DNA of 64,000 nt from Eledone cirrhosa (taxonomy: Eukaryota), in NCBI GenBank assembly GCA_964016885.1, contig OZ024764.1, positions 26,846,001-26,910,000 of the forward strand. The letters run 5' to 3'. Every line of letters begins with the position of its first letter. Position 1 is the stretch's first letter. Shown one piece after another: positions 22,780 through 37,700 of this stretch. The translations under genes and the position numbers were made by a program. A model generated the notes under the pieces. That model did no database searches. It was not told where the DNA came from and saw nothing but the letters and a program-made list of their open reading frames with translations.

Positions 22780-25700
22780 ATTGAAACAAGAGAGAGATGA
22801 AACAAGTGAGGGATTAGAGAGAGATGAAACAAGTGAGGGATTAGAGTGTTGAAACAAGAGAGAGAGAGCGAGATGAAATGAGAGAAAGAGAGTGAGATGA
22901 AATGAGAGAGTGGGAGCGAGATGAAACGAGACAGGGAGAGCGAGATGAAATGAGAGAGTTAGAGTGAGATGAAACGAGAGAGTGAGAGCGAGATGAAACG
23001 AGACAGGGAGAGCGAGATGAAATGAGAGAGTTAGAGTGAGATGAAACGAGAGAGTGAGAGCGAGATGAAACGAGAGACAGAGAGAGCGAGATGACACGAG
23101 ACAGAGAGCGAGATGAAATGAGAGAGAGAGAGTGAGAGAGAGAGATGAAACGAGAGAGAGAGTGCGAGATGAAACGAGAGTGAGAGAGCGAGATGAAACG
23201 AGAGAGTGAGAGCGAGATGAAATGAGAGAGAGAGAGAACGAGATGAAATGAGGGAGAGAGAGAGCGAGATGAAATGAGACATAGAGAGATGAAACGAGAG
23301 AGAGATGAAACGAGAAAGAGAGGAAACGAGAGAGAGGAAACGTGAGTAGAGAGCGAGATGAAACAGGAGCGAGAGAGCGAGATGAAACGAGAGGGAGAGA
23401 GAGATGAAACGAGAGCGAGAGAGAGATAGAGGGAAATGAAACGTCAGAGAGAGAGACAGATGAAACGAGGGATATAGAGATGAAACGAGAGAGAGAGATG
23501 AAACGAGAGAGAGGAAGAGAGAGATAGAACGAGAGAGAGGAAGAGAGAGATGAAACGAGAGAGAAGAAGACAGAGGTGAAACGAGAGAGAGAGCGAGATG
23601 AAACGAGGGAGAGAGCGAGATGAAACGAGAGAGAGGAAGAGAGAGAGCGAGAGATGAAACTCTGTCATGGACATATCTGACCCTGGGGCTAATAATTGTC
23701 ATGTAATGTTATGGACATCTCTGCCCCTGTGGCTAATAATTCTGTCATGTAATGTTATGGACATCTCTGCCCCTGTGGCTAATAATTCTGTCATGTAATG
23801 TTATGGAAATCTCTGCCCCTGTGGCTAATAATTCTGACATGTAATGTTATGGAATCTCTGCCCCTGTGGCTAATAAATCTGTCATTTGATGTTACGGACA
23901 TCTCTGCCCCTGTGGCTAATAAATCTGTCATGTAATGTTATGGACATCTCTGCCCCTGTGGCTAATAATTCTGACATGTAATGTTATGGACATCTCTGCC
24001 CCTGTAGCTAATAATTCTGACATGTAATGTTATGGACATCTCTGCCCCTGTGGCTAATAAATTCGTCATGTAATGTTATGGACATCTCTGCCCCTGTGGC
24101 TAATAAATCTGTCATGTAATGTTATGGACATCTCTGCCCCTGTGGCTAATAATTCTGACATGTAATGTTATGGACATCTCTGCCCCTGTGGCTAATAATT
24201 CTGACATGTAATGTTATGGACATCTCTGCCCCTGTGGCTAATAATTCTGAGAGAGATGAAACAAGTGAGGGATTAGAGAGAGATGAAACAAGTGAGGGAT
24301 TAGAGTGTTGAAACAAGAGAGAGAGAGGAAGAGAGAGTGAGAGCGAAATCAAACGAGAGAGAGCGAGATGAAATGAGAGAGTGAGAGCGAGATGAAACGA
24401 GAGAGAGAGAGAGAGCGAGATGAAATGAGAGAGAGAGAGCGAGATGAAATGAGAGAGAGAGAGCGAGATGAAACGAGACAGAGAGAGCGGGATGAAACGA
24501 GACAGAGAGAGCGAGAGCGAGATGAAACGAGACAGAGAGAGCGAGATGAAACGAGAGAGAGAGAGCGAGATGAAATGAGAGAGAGAGAGAGCGAGATGAA
24601 ATGAGAGAGAGAGAGAGCGAGATGAAACGAGAGAGTGAGAGCGAGATGGAACGAGACAGAGAGAGCGAGATGAAACGAGAGTGGGAGAGCTAGATGAAAC
24701 GAGAGAGAGAGGAAATGAGAGAGACGAGACGAGAGAGAGGAAACGAGAGTAGAGAGCGAGATGAAACAGGAGAGAGAGAGCGAGATGAAACAGGAGCGAG
24801 AGAGCGAGATGAAACGAGAGGGAGAGAGAGATGAAACGAGAGAGCGAGAGAGAGATAGAGGGAGATGAAACGACAGAGAGAGAGACAGATGAAACGAGGG
24901 AGATAGAGATGAAACGAGAGAGAGAGATGAAACGAGAGAGAGGAAGAGAGAGATGGAACGAGAGAGAGGAAGAGAGAGATGGAACGAGAGAGAGGAAGAC
25001 AGAGATGAAACGAGAGAGAGAGAGAGCAAGATGAAACGAGAGAGAGAGATGAAACGAGAGAGAGGAAGAGAGAGATGGAACGAGAGAGAGGAAAAGAGAG
25101 ATGGAACGAGCGAGAGGAAGACAGAGATGAAACGAGACAGAGAGAGATCGAGATGAAACGAGAGAGAGGAAGAGAGAGAGCGCAAGATGAAACGAGAGAG
25201 AGAGAGAGCGAGATGAAACGAGAGAGAGGAAGAGAGAGAGCGCGAGATGAAACGAGAGAGAGGAAGAGAGAGAGCGCGAGATGAAATGAGAGAGAGAGAG
25301 CGAGATGAAATGAGAGATTGAGAGTGAGATGAAACGAGAGAGTGAGAGAGAGCGAGATGAAATGACAGAGAGAGAGCGAGATGAAATGAGAGAGAGAGAG
25401 CGAGATGAAACGAGACAGAGAGAGCGGGATGAAACGAGACAGAGAGATCGAGATGAAATGAGAGAGAGAGAGCGAGATGAAATGAGAGAGAGAGAGCGAG
25501 ATGAAACGAGAGAGTGAGAGCGAGATGGAACGAGTCAGAGAGAGCGAGATGAAACGAGAGAGTGAGAGCTAGATGAAACGAGAGAGAGAGGAAACGAGAG
25601 AGAGAGGAAACGAGAGAGAGGAAACGAGAGAGAGGAAACGAGAGTAGAGAGCAAGATGAAACAGGAGAGAGAGAGAGCGAGATGAAACCGGAGAGAGAGA

Positions 25701-28700
25701 GCGAGATGAAACGAGAGGGAGGGAGAGATGAAACGAGAGAGCGAGAGAGAGATAGAGGGAGATGAAACGAGAGAGTGATAGCTAGATGAAACGAGAGAGA
25801 GAGGAATAGAGGGATGGAACGAGAGAGAGGAAGACAGATATGAAACGAGAGAGAGAGAGAGCGAGATGAAACGAGAGAGAGGAAGAGAGAGAGCGCGAGA
25901 TGAAACGAGAGAGAGAGAGCGAGATGAAACGAGAGAGAGAGCGAGATGAAACGAGAGAGAGGAAGAGAGAGAGCGCGAGATGAAAGTCTGTCATGTAATG
26001 TTATGGACATATCTGCCCTTGGGGCTAATAATTGTCATGTAATGTTATGGACATATCTACCCTTGGGGCTAATAATTGTCATGTAATGTTATGTACATCT
26101 CTGCCCCTGTGGCAAATAATTCTGTCATGTAATGTTATGGACACCTCTGTCCCTGTGGCTAATAATTATGTCATGTAATGTTATGGACATCTCTGCCCCT
26201 GTGGCTAATAATTCTGTCATGTAATGTTATGGACATCTCTGCCCCTGTGGCTAATAAATTCGTCATGTAATGTTATGGACATCTCTGCCCCTGTGGCTAA
26301 TAAATCTGTCATGTAATGTTTTGGACATCTCTTCCCCTGTGGCTAATAATTCTGACATGTAATGTTATGGATATCTCTGCCCCTGTGGCTAATAATTCTG
26401 AGAGAGATGAAACAAGTGAGGGATAAGAGAGAGATGAAACAAGTGAGGGATTAGAGTGTTGAAACAAGAGAGAGAGAGGAAGAGAGAGTGAGAGCGAGAT
26501 CAAACGAGAGAGAGAGAGAGCGAGATGAAATGAGAGAGTGAGAGCGAGATGAAACGAGAGAGAGAGAGCGAGATGAAATGAGAGAGAGAGAGCGAGATGA
26601 AATGAGAGAGAGAGAGCGAGATGAAACGAGACAGAGAGAGCGAGGTGAAACGAGAGAGAGAGAGAGCGAAATGAAACGAGACAGATTAGAGCGAGATGAA
26701 ACGAGAAAGAGAGAGCAAGATGAAATGAGAGAGAGAGAGCGAGATGAAACGAGAGAGTGAGAGCGAGATGGAACGAGACAGAGAGAGCGAGATGAAACGA
26801 GAGTAGGAGAGCTAGATGAAACGAGAGAGAGAGGAAACGAGAGATACGAAACGAGAGAGAGGAAACGAGAGTAGAGAGCGAGATGAAACAGGAGAGAGAG
26901 AGCGAGATGAAACAGGAGAGAGAGCGCGAGATGAAAGTCTGTCATGTAATGTTATGGACATATCTGCCCTTGGGGCTAATAATTGTCATGTAATGTTATG
27001 GAAATCTCTGCCTCTGTGGCTAATAATTCTTTCATGTAATGTTATGGACATCTCTGCCCCTGTGGCTAATAATTCTGTCATGTAATGTTATGGACATCTC
27101 TGCCCCTGTGGCTAATAAATCTGTCATGTAATGTTATGGACATCTCTGCCCCTGTGGCTAATAATTCTGACATGTAATGTTATGGACATCTCTGCCCCTG
27201 TGGCTAATAAATATGACATGTAATGTTATGGACATCTCTGCCCCTGTGGCTAATAAATCTGTCATGTAATGTTATGGACATCTCTGCCCCTGTGGCTAAT
27301 AATTCTGACATGTAATGTTATGGACATCTCTGCCCCTGTGGCTAATAATTCTGAGAGAGATGAAACAAGTGAGGGATTAGAGAGAGATGAAACAAGTGAG
27401 GGATTAGAGTGTTGAAACAAGAGAGAGAGAGAGGAAGAGAGAGTGAGAGCGAAATCAAACGAGAGAGAGCGAGATGAAATGAGAGAGTGAGAGCGAGATG
27501 AAACGAGAGAGAGAGAGAGAGCGAGCTGAAATGAGAGAGAGACAGCGAGATGAAATGAGAGAGAGAGAGAGCGAGATGAAACGAGACAGAGAGAGCGGGA
27601 TGAAACGAGACAGAGAGAGCGAGAGCGAGATGAAACGAGACAGAGAGAGCGAGATGAAACGAGAGAGAGAGAGCGAGATGAAATGAGAGAGAGAGAGCGA
27701 GATGAAATGAGAGAGAGAGAGCGAGATGAAACGAGAGAGTGAGAGCGAGATGGAACGAGACAGAGAGAGCGAGATGAAACGAGAGTGGGAGAGCTAGATG
27801 AAACGAGAGAGAGAGGAAACGAGAGAGACGAAACGAGAGAGAGGAAACGAGAGTAGAGAGCGAGATGAAACAGGAGAGAGAGAGCGAGATGAAACAGGAG
27901 AGAGAGAGCGAGATGAAACGAGAGGGAGAGAGAGATGAAACGAGAGAGCGAGAGAGAGATAGAGGGAGATGAAACGACAGAGAGAGAGACAGATGAAACG
28001 AGGGAGATAGAGATGAAACGAGAGAGAGAGATGAAACGAGAGAGGGGAAGAGAGAGATGGAACGAGAGAGAGGAAGGGAGAGATGGAACGAGAGAGAGGA
28101 AGACAGAGATGAAACGAGAGAGAGAGAGAGCAAGATGAAACGAGAGAGAGAGATGAAACGAGAGAGAGGAAGAGAGAGATGGAACGAGAGAGAGGAAGAG
28201 AGAGATGGAACGAGCGAGAGGAAGACAGAGATGAAACGAGACAGAGAGAGATCGAGATGAAACGAGAGAGAGGAAGAGAGAGAGCGCAAGATGAAACGAG
28301 AGAGAGAGAGAGAGCGAGATGAAACGAGAGAGAGGAAGAGAGAGAGCGCGAGATGAAACGAGAGAGAGGAAGAGAGAGAGCGCGAGATGAAATGAGAGAG
28401 AGAGAGCGAGATGAAATGAGAGATTGAGAGTGAGATGAAACGAGAGAGTGAGAGAGAGCGAGATGAAATGACAGAGAGAGAGCGAGATGAAATGAGAGAG
28501 AGAGAGCGAGATGAAACGAGACAGAGAGAGCGGGATGAAACGAGACAGAGAGATCGAGATGAAATGAGAGAGAGAGAGCGAGATGAAATGAGAGAGAGAG
28601 AGCGAGATGAAACGAGAGAGTGAGAGCGAGATGGAACGAGTCAGAGAGAGCGAGATGAAACGAGAGAGTGAGAGCTAGATGAAACGAGAGAGAGAGGAAA

Positions 28701-31700
28701 CGAGAGAGAGAGGAAACGAGAGAGAGGAAACGAGAGAGAGGAAACGAGAGTAGAGAGCAAGATGAAACAGGAGAGAGAGAGAGCGAGATGAAACCGGAGA
28801 GAGAGAGCGAGATGAAACGAGAGGGAGGGAGAGATGAAACGAGAGAGCGAGAGAGAGATAGAGGGAGATGAAACGAGAGAGTGATAGCTAGATGAAACGA
28901 GAGAGAGAGGAATAGAGAGATGGAACGAGAGAGAGGAAGACAGATATGAAACGAGAGAGAGAGAGAGCGAGATGAAACGAGAGAGAGGAAGAGAGAGAGC
29001 GCGAGATGAAACGAGAGAGAGAGAGCGAGATGAAACGAGAGAGAGAGCGAGATGAAACGAGAGAGAGGAAGAGAGAGAGCGCGAGATGAAAGTCTGTCAT
29101 GTAATGTTATGGACATATCTGCCCTTGGGGCTAATAATTGTCATGTAATGTTATGGACATATCTACCCTTGGGGCTAATAATTGTCATGTAATGTTATGT
29201 ACATCTCTGCCCCTGTGGCAAATAATTCTGTCATGTAATGTTATGGACACCTCTGTCCCTGTGGCTAATAATTATGTCATGTAATGTTATGGACATCTCT
29301 GCCCCTGTGGCTAATAATTCTGTCATGTAATGTTATGGACATCTCTGCCCCTGTGGCTAATAAATTCGTCATGTAATGTTATGGACATCTCTGCCCCTGT
29401 GGCTAATAAATCTGTCATGTAATGTTTTGGACATCTCTTCCCCTGTGGCTAATAATTCTGACATGTAATGTTATGGATATCTCTGCCCCTGTGGCTAATA
29501 ATTCTGAGAGAGATGAAACAAGTGAGGGATAAGAGAGAGATGAAACAAGTGAGGGATTAGAGTGTTGAAACAAGAGAGAGAGAGGAAGAGAGAGTGAGAG
29601 CGAGATCAAACGAGAGAGAGAGAGAGCGAGATGAAATGAGAGAGTGAGAGCGAGATGAAACGAGAGAGAGAGAGCGAGATGAAATGAGAGAGAGAGAGCG
29701 AGATGAAATGAGAGAGAGAGAGAGCGAGATGAAACGAGACAGAGAGAGCGAGGTGAAACGAGAGAGAGAGAGAGCGAAATGAAACGAGACAGATTAGAGC
29801 GAGATGAAACGAGAGAGAGAGAGCAAGATGAAATGAGAGAGAGAGAGCGAGATGAAACGAGAGAGTGAGAGCTAGAGGAAACGATAGAGAGAGGAAACGA
29901 GAGAGAGAGGAAACGAGAGAGAGGATACGAGAGAGAGGAAACGAGAGTAGAGAGCGAGATGAAACAGGAGAGAGAGAGCGAGATGAAACAGGAGAGAGAG
30001 AGCGAGATGAAACGAGAGGGAGAGTGAGATGAAACGAGAGAGGGAGAGAGAGATAGAGGGAGATGAAACGACAGAGAGAGAGACAGATGAAACGAGGGAG
30101 ATAGAGATGAAACGAGAGAGAGAGATGAAACGAGAGAGAGGAAGAGAGAGATGGAACGAGAGAGAGGAAGAGAGAGATGGAACTAGAGAGAGGAAGACAG
30201 AGATGAAACGAGAGAGAGAGAGAGCGAGATGAAACGAGAGAGAGGAAGAGAGAGAACGCGAGATGAAACGAGAGAGAGAGCAAGATGAAACGAGAGAGAG
30301 GAAGAGAGAGAGCGCAAGATGAAACGAGAGAGAGAGAGCGCGAGATGAAAGTCTGTCATGTAATGTTATGGACATATCTGCCCTTGGGGCTAATAATTGT
30401 CATGTAATGTTATGGAAATCTCTGCCCCTGTGGCTAATAATTCTGTCATGTAATGTTATGGACATCTCTGCCCCTGTGGCTAATAATTCTGTCATGTAAT
30501 GTTATGGACATCTCTGCCCCTGTGGCTAATAAATCTGTCATGTAATGTTATGGACATCTCTGCCCCTGTGGCTAATAATTCTGACATGTAATGTTATGGA
30601 CATCTCTGCCCCTGTGGCTAATAAATATGACATGTAATGTTATGGACATCTCTGCCCCTGTGGCTAATAAATCTGTCATGTAATGTTATGGACATCTCTG
30701 CCCCTGTGGCTAATAATTCTGACATGTAATGTTATGGACATCTCTGCCCCTGTGGCTAATAAATCTGTCATGTAATGTTATGGACATCTCTGCCCCTGTG
30801 GCTAATAATTCTGACATGTAATGTTATGGACATCTCTGCCCCTGTGGCTAATAATTCTGTCATGTAATGTTATGGACATCTCTGCCCCTGTGGCTAATAA
30901 ATTCGTCATGTAATGTTATGGACATCTCTGCCCCTGTGGCTAATAAATCTGTCATGTAATGTTATGGACATCTCTGCCCCTGTGGCTAATAATTCTGACA
31001 TGTAATGTTATGGATATCTCTGCCCCTGTGGCTAATAATTCTGAGAGAGATGAAACAAGTGAGGGATAAGAGAGAGATGAAACAAATGAGGGATTAGAGT
31101 GTTGAAACAAGAGAGAGAGAGGAAGAGAGAGTGAGAGCGAGATCAAACGAGAGAGAGAGCGAGATGAAATGAGAGAGTGAGAGCGAGATGAAACGAGAGA
31201 GAGAGAGCGAGATGAAATGAGAGAGCTAGAGCGAGATGAAATGAGAGAGAGAGAGCGAGATGAAACGAGACAGAGAGAGCGAGATGAAACGAGAGAGAGA
31301 GAGAGAGCGAAATGAAACGAGACAGATTAGAGCGAGATGAAACGAGAGAGAGAGAGCGAGATGAAATGAGAGAGAGAGAGCGAGATGAAACGAGAGAGTG
31401 AGAGCTAGAGGAAACGAGAGCGAGATGAAACGAGAGAGAGGAAGAGAGAACGCGAGATGAAACGAGAGAGAGAGAGAGCAAGATGAAACGAGAGAGAGGA
31501 AGAGAGAGAGCGCAAGATGAAACGAGAGAGAGAGCGCGAGATGAAAGTCTGTCATGTAATGTTATGGACATATCTGCCCTTGGGGCTAATAATTGTCATG
31601 TAATGTTATGGAAATCTCTGCCTCTGTGGCTAATAATTCTTTCATGTAATGTTATGGACATCTCTGCCCCTGTGGCTAATAATTCTGTCATGTAATGTTA

Positions 31701-34700
31701 TGGACATCTCTGCCCCTGTGGCTAATAAATCTGTCATGTAATGTTATGGACATCTCTGCCCCTGTGGCTAATAATTCTGACATGTAATGTTATGGACATC
31801 TCTGCCCCTGTGGCTAATAAATCTGTCATGTAATGTTATGGACATCTCTGCCCCTGTGGCTAATAATTCTGAGAGAGATGAAACAAGTGAGGGATTAGAG
31901 AGAGATGAAACAAGTGAGGGATTAGAGTGTTGAAACAAGAGAGAGAGAGAGGAAGAGAGAGTGAGAGCGAAATCAAACGAGAGAGAGCGAGATGAAATGA
32001 GAGAGTGAGAGCGAGATGAAACGAGAGAGAGAGAGAGAGCGAGATGAAATGAGAGAGAGAGAGCGAGATGAAATGAGAGAGAGAGAGCGAGATGAAACGA
32101 GACAGAGAGAGCGGGATGAAACGAGACAGAGAGAGCGAGAGCGAGATGAAACGAGACAGAGAGAGCGAGATGAAACGAGAGAGAGAGAGCGAGATGAAAT
32201 GAGAGAGAGAGAGCGAGATGAAATGAGAGAGAGAGAGCGAGATGAAACGAGAGAGTGAGAGCGAGATGGAACGAGACAGAGAGAGCGAGATGAAACGAGA
32301 GTGGGAGAGCTAGATGAAACGAGAGAGAGAGGAAACGAGAGACGAAACGAGAGAGAGGAAACGAGAGTAGAGAGCGAGATGAAACAGGAGAGAGAGAGCG
32401 AGATGAAACAGGAGAGAGAGAGCGAGATGAAACGAGAGGGAGAGAGAGATGAAACGAGAGAGCGAGAGAGAGATAGAGGGAGATGAAACGACAGAGAGAG
32501 AGAGACAGATGAAACGAGGGAGATAGAGATGAAACGAGAGAGAGAGATGAAACGAGAGAGAGGAAGAGAGAGATGGAACGAGAGAGAGGAAGGGAGAGAT
32601 GGAACGAGAGAGAGGAAGACAGAGATGAAACGAGAGAGAGAGAGAGCAAGATGAAACGAGAGAGAGAGATGAAACGAGAGAGAGGAAGAGAGAGATGGAA
32701 CGAGAGAGAGGAAGAGAGAGATGGAACGAGCGAGAGGAAGACAGAGATGAAACGAGACAGAGAGAGATCGAGATGAAACGAGAGAGAGGAAGAGAGAGAG
32801 CGCAAGATGAAACGAGAGAGAGAGAGAGAGCGAGATGAAACGAGAGAGAGGAAGAGAGAGAGCGCGAGATGAAACGAGAGAGAGGAAGAGAGAGAGCGCG
32901 AGATGAAATGAGAGAGAGAGAGCGAGATGAAATGAGAGATTGAGAGTGAGATGAAACGAGAGAGTGAGAGAGAGCGAGATGAAATGACAGAGAGAGAGCG
33001 AGATGAAATGAGAGAGAGAGAGCGAGATGAAACGAGACAGAGAGAGCGGGATGAAACGAGACAGAGAGATCGAGATGAAATGAGAGAGAGAGAGCGAGAT
33101 GAAATGAGAGAGAGAGAGCGAGATGAAACGAGAGAGTGAGAGCGAGATGGAACGAGTCAGAGAGAGCGAGATGAAACGAGAGAGTGAGAGCTAGATGAAA
33201 CGAGAGAGAGAGGAAACGAGAGAGAGAGGAAACGAGAGAGAGGAAACGAGAGAGAGGAAACGAGAGTAGAGAGCAAGATGAAACAGGAGAGAGAGAGAGC
33301 GAGATGAAACCGGAGAGAGAGAGCGAGATGAAACGAGAGGGAGGGAGAGATGAAACGAGAGAGCGAGAGAGAGATAGAGGGAGATGAAACGAGAGAGTGA
33401 TAGCTAGATGAAACGAGAGAGAGAGGAATAGAGAGATGGAACGAGAGAGAGGAAGACAGATATGAAACGAGAGAGAGAGAGAGCGAGATGAAACGAGAGA
33501 GAGGAAGAGAGAGAGCGCGAGATGAAACGAGAGAGAGAGAGCGAGATGAAACGAGAGAGAGAGCGAGATGAAACGAGAGAGAGGAAGAGAGAGAGCGCGA
33601 GATGAAAGTCTGTCATGTAATGTTATGGACATATCTGCCCTTGGGGCTAATAATTGTCATGTAATGTTATGGACATATCTACCCTTGGGGCTAATAATTG
33701 TCATGTAATGTTATGTACATCTCTGCCCCTGTGGCAAATAATTCTGTCATGTAATGTTATGGACACCTCTGTCCCTGTGGCTAATAATTATGTCATGTAA
33801 TGTTATGGACATCTCTGCCCCTGTGGCTAATAATTCTGTCATGTAATGTTATGGACATCTCTGCCCCTGTGGCTAATAAATTCGTCATGTAATGTTATGG
33901 ACATCTCTGCCCCTGTGGCTAATAAATCTGTCATGTAATGTTTTGGACATCTCTTCCCCTGTGGCTAATAATTCTGACATGTAATGTTATGGATATCTCT
34001 GCCCCTGTGGCTAATAATTCTGAGAGAGATGAAACAAGTGAGGGATAAGAGAGAGATGAAACAAGTGAGGGATTAGAGTGTTGAAACAAGAGAGAGAGAG
34101 GAAGAGAGAGTGAGAGCGAGATCAAACGAGAGAGAGAGAGAGCGAGATGAAATGAGAGAGTGAGAGCGAGATGAAACGAGAGAGAGAGAGCGAGATGAAA
34201 TGAGAGAGAGAGAGCGAGATGAAATGAGAGAGAGAGAGCGAGATGAAACGAGACAGAGAGAGCGAGGTGAAACGAGAGAGAGAGAGAGCGAAATGAAACG
34301 AGACAGATTAGAGCGAGATGAAACGAGAGAGAGAGAGCAAGATGAAATGAGAGAGAGAGAGCGAGATGAAACGAGAGAGTGAGAGCTAGAGGAAACGATA
34401 GAGAGAGGAAACGAGAGAGAGAGGAAACGAGAGAGAGGATACGAGAGAGAGGAAACGAGAGTAGAGAGCGAGATGAAACAGGAGAGAGAGAGCGAGATGA
34501 AACAGGAGAGAGAGAGCGAGATGAAACGAGAGGGAGAGTGAGATGAAACGAGAGAGGGAGAGAGAGATAGAGGGAGATGAAACGACAGAGAGAGAGACAG
34601 ATGAAACGAGGGAGATAGAGATGAAACGAGAGAGAGAGATGAAACGAGAGAGAGGAAGAGAGAGATGGAACGAGAGAGAGGAAGAGAGAGATGGAACGAG

Positions 34701-37700
34701 AGAGAGGAAGACAGAGATGAAACGAGAGAGAGAGAGAGCGAGATGAAACGAGAGAGAGGAAGAGAGAGAACGCGAGATGAAACGCGAGAGAGAGCAAGAT
34801 GAAACGAGAGAGAGGAAGAGAGAGAGCGCAAGATGAAACGAGAGAGAGAGAGCGCGAGATGAAAGTCTGTCATGTAATGTTATGGACATATCTGCCCTTG
34901 GGGCTAATAATTGTCATGTAATGTTATGGAAATCTCTGCCCCTGTGGCTAATAATTCTGTCATGTAATGTTATGGACATCTCTGCCCCTGTGGCTAATAA
35001 TTCTGTCATGTAATGTTATGGACATCTCTGCCCCTGTGGCTAATAAATCTGTCATGTAATGTTATGGACATCTCTGCCCCTGTGGCTAATAATTCTGACA
35101 TGTAATGTTATGGACATCTCTGCCCCTGTGGCTAATAAATATGACATGTAATGTTATGGACATCTCTGCCCCTGTGGCTAATAAATCTGTCATGTAATGT
35201 TATGGACATCTCTGCCCCTGTGGCTAATAATTCTGACATGTAATGTTATGGACATCTCTGCCCCTGTGGCTAATAAATCTGTCATGTAATGTTATGGACA
35301 TCTCTGCCCCTGTGGCTAATAATTCTGACATGTAATGTTATGGACATCTCTGCCCCTGTGGCTAATAATTCTGTCATGTAATGTTATGGACATCTCTGCC
35401 CCTGTGGCTAATAAATTCGTCATGTAATGTTATGGACATCTCTGCCCCTGTGGCTAATAAATCTGTCATGTAATGTTATGGACATCTCTGCCCCTGTGGC
35501 TAATAATTCTGACATGTAATGTTATGGATATCTCTGCCCCTGTGGCTAATAATTCTGAGAGAGATGAAACAAGTGAGGGATAAGAGAGAGATGAAACAAA
35601 TGAGGGATTAGAGTGTTGAAACAAGAGAGAGAGAGGAAGAGAGAGTGAGAGCGAGATCAAACGAGAGAGAGAGCGAGATGAAATGAGAGAGTGAGAGCGA
35701 GATGAAACGAGAGAGAGAGAGCGAGATGAAATGAGAGAGCTAGAGCGAGATGAAATGAGAGAGAGAGAGCGAGATGAAACGAGACAGAGAGAGCGAGATG
35801 AAACGAGAGAGAGAGAGAGAGCGAAATGAAACGAGACAGATTAGAGCGAGATGAAACGAGAGAGAGAGAGCGAGATGAAATGAGAGAGAGAGAGCGAGAT
35901 GAAACGAGAGAGTGAGAGCTAGAGGAAACGAGAGCGAGATGAAACGAGAGAGAGGAAGAGAGAACGCGAGATGAAACGAGAGAGAGAGAGAGCAAGATGA
36001 AACGAGAGAGAGGAAGAGAGAGAGCGCAAGATGAAACGAGAGAGAGAGCGCGAGATGAAAGTCTGTCATGTAATGTTATGGACATATCTGCCCTTGGGGC
36101 TAATAATTGTCATGTAATGTTATGGAAATCTCTGCCTCTGTGGCTAATAATTCTTTCATGTAATGTTATGGACATCTCTGCCCCTGTGGCTAATAATTCT
36201 GTCATGTAATGTTATGGACATCTCTGCCCCTGTGGCTAATAAATCTGTCATGTAATGTTATGGACATCTCTGCCCCTGTGGCTAATAATTCTGACATGTA
36301 ATGTTATGGACATCTCTGCCCCTGTGGCTAATAAATCTGTCATGTAATGTTATGGACATCTCTGCCCCTGTGGCTAATAATTCTGAGAGAGATGAAACAA
36401 GTGAGGGATTAGAGAGAGATGAAACAAGTGAGGGACTAGAGTGTTGAAACAAGAGAGAGAGAGAGGAAGAGAGAGTGAGAGCGAAATCAAACGAGAGAGA
36501 GCGAGATGAAATGAGAGAGTGAGAGCGAGATGAAACGAGAGAGAGAGAGAGAGAGCGAGATGAAATGAGAGAGAGAGAGCGAGATGAAATGAGAGAGAGA
36601 GAGCGAGATGAAACGAGACAGAGAGAGCGGGATGAAACGAGACAGAGAGAGCGAGAGCGAGATGAAACGAGACAGAGAGAGCGAGATGAAACGAGAGAGA
36701 GAGAGCGAGATGAAATGAGAGAGAGAGAGCGAGATGAAATGAGAGAGAGAGAGCGAGATGAAACGAGAGAGTGAGAGCGAGATGGAACGAGACAGAGAGA
36801 GCGAGATGAAACGAGAGTGGGAGAGCTAGATGAAACGAGAGAGAGAGGAAACGAGAGACGAAACGAGAGAGAGGAAACGAGAGTAGAGAGCGAGATGAAA
36901 CAGGAGAGAGAGAGCGAGATGAAACAGGAGAGAGAGAGCGAGATGAAACGAGAGGGAGAGAGAGATGAAACGAGAGAGCGAGAGAGAGATAGAGGGAGAT
37001 GAAACGACAGAGAGAGAGAGACAGATGAAACGAGGGAGATAGAGATGAAACGAGAGAGAGAGATGAAACGAGAGAGAGGAAGAGAGAGATGGAACGAGAG
37101 AGAGGAAGGGAGAGATGGAACGAGAGAGAGGAAGACAGAGATGAAACGAGAGAGAGAGAGAGCAAGATGAAACGAGAGAGAGAGATGAAACGAGAGAGAG
37201 GAAGAGAGAGATGGAACGAGAGAGAGGAAGAGAGAGATGGAACGAGCGAGAGGAAGACAGAGATGAAACGAGACAGAGAGAGATCGAGATGAAACGAGAG
37301 AGAGGAAGAGAGAGAGCGCAAGATGAAACGAGAGAGAGAGAGAGAGCGAGATGAAACGAGAGAGAGGAAGAGAGAGAGCGCGAGATGAAACGAGAGAGAG
37401 GAAGAGAGAGAGCGCGAGATGAAATGAGAGAGAGAGAGCGAGATGAAATGAGAGATTGAGAGTGAGATGAAACGAGAGAGTGAGAGAGAGCGAGATGAAA
37501 TGACAGAGAGAGAGCGAGATGAAATGAGAGAGAGAGAGCGAGATGAAACGAGACAGAGAGAGCGGGATGAAACGAGACAGAGAGATCGAGATGAAATGAG
37601 AGAGAGAGAGCGAGATGAAATGAGAGAGAGAGAGCGAGATGAAACGAGAGAGTGAGAGCGAGATGGAACGAGTCAGAGAGAGCGAGATGAAACGAGAGAG